Assembly: GCA_043813365.1 (NCBI GenBank)
Contig: JBDRLB010000010.1
Location: forward strand, 1 to 23,156
Length of the DNA stretch: 23,156 nucleotides
DNA from: Candidatus Micrarchaeota archaeon
GTDB taxonomy: Archaea; Micrarchaeota; Micrarchaeia; Norongarragalinales; SBBD01
Direction of reading: 5' to 3'
A program made the position numbers and the translations under genes. This document shows, piece after piece, positions 18,933 to 23,156 of the stretch. The notes under the pieces are model-generated. The model saw only the letters and a list, made by a program, of their open reading frames with translations, did no database searches and was not told the origin of the DNA. The first letter of the stretch is position 1, and each line of letters begins with the position of its first letter.

Positions 18933-19181
18933 ATGGCGTATTCCACGATAAGCGTCAGCCCACGCGTAAAGAAGAGGCTCGAGGCATTCCGCATCTACCG
19001 CAGGGAAACCTATGACGACATGCTCGAAAGGCTGATGGAGGATGCGAGATGGGAGGATGACGAGGGCGAATTTTCCTCCGAAGCGAAGGAGGGCGTGAAA
19101 AAAGGGCTCAGGGAAATATCCGCGGGAAGGACGGTTCCGCTTGATGCAATTCTCGCAAGGCATGGGATGGGCAAAAGGTGA
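18933..19181 (+). CDS. Putative antitoxin (RHH-like N-terminus, acidic C-terminus)
   Basis: STISVS..VKKRL...RETYDDMLERL, then EISAGRTVPLD; SD GAGGTG at 18922-18927; lies directly upstream of a RelE-like gene. Confidence 0.8.
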   Translation: MAYSTISVSPRVKKRLEAFRIYRRETYDDMLERLMEDARWEDDEGEFSSEAKEGVKKGLREISAGRTVPLDAILARHGMGKR

Positions 19182-19187
19182 CCTCGC

Positions 19188-19433
19188 ATGCGAATCGAAT
19201 TCTCATTGCAGGCCGAAAAGTCGTTTTCTGCAATAGATAAGCCCATCCGCGAAAGGATGCTGAAAAAACTCCTCGAAATCGAAAAAGATCCCGCTAGGTT
19301 CATCCAGGACCTCAAGGGCCTCCCATTCGACAAGATAAGGATCGGCGATTACCGGCTGTTCGTAAAGTTCGAGCCGCAGCGAAGCCTCCTGTTCATCGCC
19401 GACATCAAACACCGGAGCGTCGCATACAAGTGA
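19188..19433 (+). CDS. RelE/ParE family toxin
   Basis: MRIEFS..AEK, LKG...KIRIGDYRL and IADIKHRSVAYK; 81 aa. Confidence 0.88.
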   Translation: MRIEFSLQAEKSFSAIDKPIRERMLKKLLEIEKDPARFIQDLKGLPFDKIRIGDYRLFVKFEPQRSLLFIADIKHRSVAYK

Positions 19434-19444
19434 CTGCCGGCAAC

Positions 19445-19552
19445 ACCCGTACTCACCCCCTTCTCCCTTTCTTTTCCTACCGCCAAAACCAGGTTGTCGT
19501 ACTCCTCCTTGGCTTCGTTCAGCAAAACAACCCTAATTTTCTTCCCTTTTAC
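19445..19552 (-). pseudogene. Probable truncated toxin remnant without a start codon, downstream of the wHTH gene
   Basis: The frame overlapping the wHTH stop reads (GTA)KGKKIRVVLLNEAKEEYDNLVLAVGKEREKG. This resembles the N-terminus of RelE-like proteins I recall following this wHTH family in archaea. Similarity ends at the convergent relE. Confidence 0.5.
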
Positions 19553-19827
19553 AGCTCCCTTCCCGCTGCTATTTTGGCCTCCATCTGCTTCCTTGGCAGG
19601 TACGTCCAGATTACCCCTTTTTCCGTATCCATTGCCATTCCCCTGCTTGTCAAGTACTCCAAAGTCACATCCAGCGTTTGCCGCATCACCTTGTTTCCCA
19701 TTCTCTTTGTGATCGCGTACCTGCTTAGCGGCTCTTTCGCCTCCTTCAGCACCTCCTCCACCGCCAGAACGGTTTTGAGCGTCGGGTAATGGAGCACCTG
19801 CTTTTGCATTTTTCTCACGGTCATCAT
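19549..19827 (-). CDS. Small winged-helix protein, putative antitoxin/regulator
   Basis: HYPTLKTVLAVEEVLK...KVMRQTLDVTLEYL..RG.....KGVIWTY pattern; TTATATAA box upstream. Confidence 0.75.
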   Translation of the reverse strand: MMTVRKMQKQVLHYPTLKTVLAVEEVLKEAKEPLSRYAITKRMGNKVMRQTLDVTLEYLTSRGMAMDTEKGVIWTYLPRKQMEAKIAAGREL

Positions 19828-19927
19828 TAGTATGTAATAAGTTTATATAACAGTTGTTTTCCTTCATGCAAATGAAATCTGAACAGTCGCTTATTACGGT
19901 TCGGTAGAAAATTAGTCAACTTGCGGT

Positions 19928-20515
19928 TTATTTTTGCCTTATCGTTTTCGCAAATTTTATCGCCTGCATTAGGACTGGATGGTATTTTCTGGAAAGGCCC
20001 TTCCTTAGGATCCTTGCAACAATAGCAACTGATTCTGCAAATTCGGACAAATCCTCCTTTTCAGCAGGCCTTTTCCTGTCCCCCAAGCCTACTTTCAATG
20101 CCGGTTCCTCGCCTTCGGATGGGGGCGTAAAAACAAATACCTTCCTCGATGCTGTTGGCAATTCAATTGCCATCTTATAGGTGTGCCCATCGGAAACAAA
20201 ATGCTTCGTGAAGAACACGGCGTGGGGTATTTTGCTAAACGCCTCATTGATTGCAATCCTTCCATCCCCTTCCAATTGCCGGAAAAATTGGCGATGTTCG
20301 TCCAGATCCAGCTTATGGCGTTCGGCGATCCTTTTTGAGAGTTCGTATTCGAAATTCAAATGCTTGGGGTCGATTTCCCTATGTTTCCATCCAAAAGTGT
20401 CTCCTTCCTTCCTCCTCCACGGCAGCATCGTATGGAGCTTTCCTGCGTAATCCCCGATTTCCTTTTCATAATCGGCTTTAGCCCTCTTCCTTGCCTGCTC
20501 CATTTGTTCGGCCAT
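19928..20515 (-). CDS. Hypothetical protein
   Basis: 195-aa charged ORF, co-oriented with its neighbours; no family recognised. Confidence 0.7.
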   Translation of the reverse strand: MAEQMEQARKRAKADYEKEIGDYAGKLHTMLPWRRKEGDTFGWKHREIDPKHLNFEYELSKRIAERHKLDLDEHRQFFRQLEGDGRIAINEAFSKIPHAVFFTKHFVSDGHTYKMAIELPTASRKVFVFTPPSEGEEPALKVGLGDRKRPAEKEDLSEFAESVAIVARILRKGLSRKYHPVLMQAIKFAKTIRQK

Positions 20516-20596
20516 AATTGTTTTTCCCTTCCATCAATTCGAAATATTTCTGGTGCACCACAAAAATCAACGCTCCCTTTCAGTATCACGTACAAC

Positions 20597-21673
20597 CTAC
20601 TTTTTGCCTGCCAATTCCCTCCATCTTTTTACCTTGCCCCATTTGCCTGCAATTCTTGGCGGCGTAATCCCAAAATGCTGATAATCCAGCATGAATGGCC
20701 AATTATGATCCCAATAATTGACTCCCGTCCTGAAATCGGTCGCTTCAGGATGTACGTGGCCGAACATATCCCCGAGTTTTTTCAGGCTAACGCCGGGGAA
20801 TAACCTTTTCATGGGCACTTCCCGATTCCACATCCTGTTGAATGGCTGGTACATCGCCTGTGCTTTTTTTACCCCCAGTGAGAACTGGAACCTCATTTTG
20901 GCGGCTTCCTTTTCGTAGAGCCGTACGCTGCCCTCGCCGTATTCCGCCGCAAGCCTTCCATAAACCAATTCCTCCCATGGCTGGAAATATTTGACCTGTT
21001 GTCGGTTTTTATCCGAAGGCTCCCCGATCAGGAACCTCCTGTATTCGATATATGCGAGCCCCTTCCAGAATTTGCGCAATTTTACGGTCGAATACCTATG
21101 CCCCTTCATCATTGCGGCCATGCCGTTCCTCACGATGGTTGAGCCTATTCTCATTGCAATGCTGCGTTTCGCCTCCAACGATCCGCTCGGCCTGTTTTTG
21201 AACACGCCAACATTCCGGTGGTACAGTGAAATCAGCTCCTCTGGAAGCATATCCGGCCTCACTTTGGCCCTTTTCCAATTGACCCTAAGCGGCTCCGCCT
21301 TTAGCTGCGCAGCCTTTTCCTTTCCCTGCATTTTCCTGGCGAAGCCATAAATCCTATTGCGCATCGACGACCTCAAATCCCCCTTTTCCCAAAGTAGATG
21401 CCGGAACGGATCCCTGCTATGATCGAACGAATCGATGAATTCCTGCATGCTCCTTGGCTGCCTTTCGATCAGGAACACTTTGGCGAAATAAATCAATTTT
21501 CTAAAATCAGTATTGGTGCGCCGTTCCCTCTTGAACGAGCTTGGGGGGTTGCTTGCCAATTTTCCCATGAACCACTGTGCGAATTCAAATGATTCCGAAT
21601 CCCGGAAATTTTCCTCCGTCATCGTCTCGGCGGTCCTGTTTGCGTACCTGAAAAAATTGAATTTCCGGCCCAT
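20597..21673 (-). CDS. Hypothetical basic protein
   Basis: 358-aa ORF with an AT-rich TATA-like box about 25 nt upstream; no family recognised. Confidence 0.75.
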   Translation of the reverse strand: MGRKFNFFRYANRTAETMTEENFRDSESFEFAQWFMGKLASNPPSSFKRERRTNTDFRKLIYFAKVFLIERQPRSMQEFIDSFDHSRDPFRHLLWEKGDLRSSMRNRIYGFARKMQGKEKAAQLKAEPLRVNWKRAKVRPDMLPEELISLYHRNVGVFKNRPSGSLEAKRSIAMRIGSTIVRNGMAAMMKGHRYSTVKLRKFWKGLAYIEYRRFLIGEPSDKNRQQVKYFQPWEELVYGRLAAEYGEGSVRLYEKEAAKMRFQFSLGVKKAQAMYQPFNRMWNREVPMKRLFPGVSLKKLGDMFGHVHPEATDFRTGVNYWDHNWPFMLDYQHFGITPPRIAGKWGKVKRWRELAGKK

Positions 21674-21710
21674 GTTATTTTTTCCGAAATAATTGCTTAT
21701 TAATCCATCG

Positions 21711-21747
21711 GCTTGGCAGGGCTTTCCACGGTTGCCTGAGGGTTTGA
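21711..21747 (+). repeat. Degenerate copy of the DUF4256-like gene tail (repeat of 22851-22886)
   Basis: GGGCTTTCCACGGTTGCCTGAGGGTTTGA (21719-21747) versus GGGCTTTC-GCGGTTACCTGAGGGTTTGA (22859-22886): 26 of 29 columns identical, and the upstream GCT codon is in register. Confidence 0.8.
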
Positions 21748-21820
21748 AAGTGCTGCGACTGTTTGAACGGAAGGGGGGAAGGTGGAGGGGGATTGAGGAT
21801 TAGTCGATTGTAACTCCGTC

Positions 21821-22741
21821 TTACTGTTTCCCAACATACCTCCAAAAGCCGCCGGAAAGGGGCACAAAGCCGGTTTTTCTGTAAGTCTGGTCATACTGCC
21901 TTTTGACTCGATTATATTGTGAACCAGTAAGCGTTGGGCCCAAATAGTATTGCCTTTTCGGAGGATGCCCGACTATTTCAAATTTGCCCGTGCCAATGTG
22001 GCCCAGTGCCTTGCGCAAGGCAAATACCCTCCAATTCTCACCCAGCCGGTTGTTTATTTTTTCATATTTATCTTTTTGAGCCCTCCTCCTATCCTCATAA
22101 CGAGCATCCTTTTCAAGTTCGTGTTTTTTTGCGATGGTCGATCCTTGGATGTTCGTTATCCCGATTGTTGGTTTTCCTCCAGCGTAGTAAGCCAAACCCC
22201 CTATTGTCCCTATCAGGTGGCCGAATTGGTCTGTCAGGCTAAGGACCAATGGCGCATCCACATGGACCGTTGAAGAATAGTGCGTATGGATTTCCCCCCT
22301 AAGGTCATCTTTCTGGCTCAGCCATTTCGCCATTAGCTTTGCATGAAGGTTAAAAGAGCGCACCTGCTCATCGAATGGCATTTTTATAGTGCTCAAAGTG
22401 TCAAAATAAAACATCACAATCGTTGAGGCGGAAAGAGAATGAAACTCGCTGATGGGCTTAAGCCGCCTTTCGGTTCTTTTTGCCAGCTCATCCAGCTTCT
22501 TGACCCCGGAAATAAGCTCCGATTCGAAATCAGCGTATTCTACCGCAGGGTTATTGCTCAAAATAATGCTGGACACGACGGGCAAATAGCCGGAAAGGTT
22601 TTCGGCCTTAATGCCCCAATACTCCTGCTTCGGCCAATGCGCCTTTTCATAATTTACCGGCATTGTTCCTAGTACATGCTTTGCTAAAAACCTCCTTTCC
22701 ATCCCGAGCTGCCTTTCCCGCAACTGCTTCCCTTCCTCCAT
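21821..22741 (-). CDS. Hypothetical protein, C-terminal half possibly VirK/YbjX (DUF535)-like
   Basis: 306-aa ORF with AAAAG/TTTTAAT promoter-like elements upstream. IGITNIQG and YDQTYRKTGF resemble VirK-family motifs, but weakly. Confidence 0.7.
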   Translation of the reverse strand: MEEGKQLRERQLGMERRFLAKHVLGTMPVNYEKAHWPKQEYWGIKAENLSGYLPVVSSIILSNNPAVEYADFESELISGVKKLDELAKRTERRLKPISEFHSLSASTIVMFYFDTLSTIKMPFDEQVRSFNLHAKLMAKWLSQKDDLRGEIHTHYSSTVHVDAPLVLSLTDQFGHLIGTIGGLAYYAGGKPTIGITNIQGSTIAKKHELEKDARYEDRRRAQKDKYEKINNRLGENWRVFALRKALGHIGTGKFEIVGHPPKRQYYLGPTLTGSQYNRVKRQYDQTYRKTGFVPLSGGFWRYVGKQ

Positions 22742-22781
22742 GCCAGAACCTTGACTCCGGAGAATTAAAAGACTTTTGAGC

Positions 22782-22886
22782 GGCGCCCTATTCGCAGACC
22801 GGCGCTATGGCACCGTATTCCTGTACCACAACGGAGCGGAATCCTACTACGCTGTTCGGGGCTTTCGCGGTTACCTGAGGGTTTGA
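22782..22886 (+). pseudogene. C-terminal remnant of a DUF4256-family gene
   Basis: Translates as GALFADRRYGTVFLYHNGAESYYAVRGFRGYLRV*, the characteristic DUF4256 C-terminus. There is an in-frame TGA at 22752-22754 and no 5' part of the gene. Confidence 0.8.
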
Positions 22887-23030
22887 TTTTTTCCCACCGA
22901 AATCTCTCCTAGATTTTTCTTGCCTTAATGTTCCCGCACGAAAATCCCTCAAACATAGATCACTTGAAATTTTTTTCCCTCTTTCTTATATTCATTCTCG
23001 AGGTCATTGAGGATTTCTTTAATACCTTAG

Positions 23031-23070
23031 GCTGAGAAATCCGTCGCTTTCAAACGACGGATGAATCAGC
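23031..23070. repeat. Palindromic hairpin resembling an IS200/IS605-type end
   Basis: GCTGA-gaa-ATCCGTCG-ctttcaaa-CGACGGAT-gaa-TCAGC: 8-bp inner stem plus 5-bp outer stem. Confidence 0.45.
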
Positions 23071-23104
23071 ACATTTCTTTTTCTTCAGCGCGAGCGTTAT
23101 TGAT

Positions 23105-23146
23105 TCGGCGGCGAGGCCCCTTACGGGGCCGTAGCTTCGCCGCCGA
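23105..23146. repeat. GC-rich nested hairpin (REP-like element or part of a structured RNA)
   Basis: 10-bp outer stem TCGGCGGCGA/TCGCCGCCGA, 6-bp inner stem GGCCCC/GGGGCC with a 4-nt loop, and a GTAGCT bulge. Confidence 0.55.
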
Positions 23147-23156
23147 GGTTGTCTGT

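Noticed and set aside
19349..19867. 172-aa minus-strand ORF
   Set aside because: It is a shadow frame overlapping the wHTH gene and antisense to relE; only about 35 codons look protein-like and are reported as a remnant.
21711..22886. Repeat pair as a diversity-generating retroelement TR/VR (it ends in a GFR motif)
   Set aside because: The shared stretch is under 40 nt, the A/G mismatches go in both directions, there is an indel, and no reverse transcriptase is in the window.
1..23156. CRISPR array, tRNA, rRNA, transposase or integrase genes
   Set aside because: No regularly spaced repeats, cloverleaf patterns or catalytic motifs were seen by eye; tRNAscan-SE and Infernal were not run.

Overview
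This window looks archaeal, most like a DPANN lineage (Micrarchaeota-like). The evidence is the Kae1 tail, TATA-type promoters about 25 nt upstream of apparently leaderless starts, and T-tract terminators; the taxonomy is an inference. All family calls come from motif recognition by eye, not database searches. Housekeeping genes: 3' end of kae1, dCMP deaminase, carA, carB (broken by one extra C at 10014-10019), an M24 peptidase, cysS, an MgtC/DUF4010 membrane protein and msrB. The most striking feature is a five-gene minus-strand run (7087->769): two paralogous 2-TM proteins, a Cys-rich multi-Ig-like surface protein, a VirB11/CpaF-type secretion ATPase and a Tat-signal MltB-type lytic transglycosylase. 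The last is a peptidoglycan-cutting enzyme in an organism that should have no peptidoglycan. The right third is accessory-like. It holds a 2H-phosphoesterase/metallophosphoesterase fusion, a RadA-like protein lacking Walker A, an intact RelE toxin-antitoxin pair facing a decayed second pair, several basic orphans, two copies of a DUF4256 gene tail flanking one orphan, and two hairpin elements at the window edge. I saw no rRNA, tRNA, CRISPR array or transposase.
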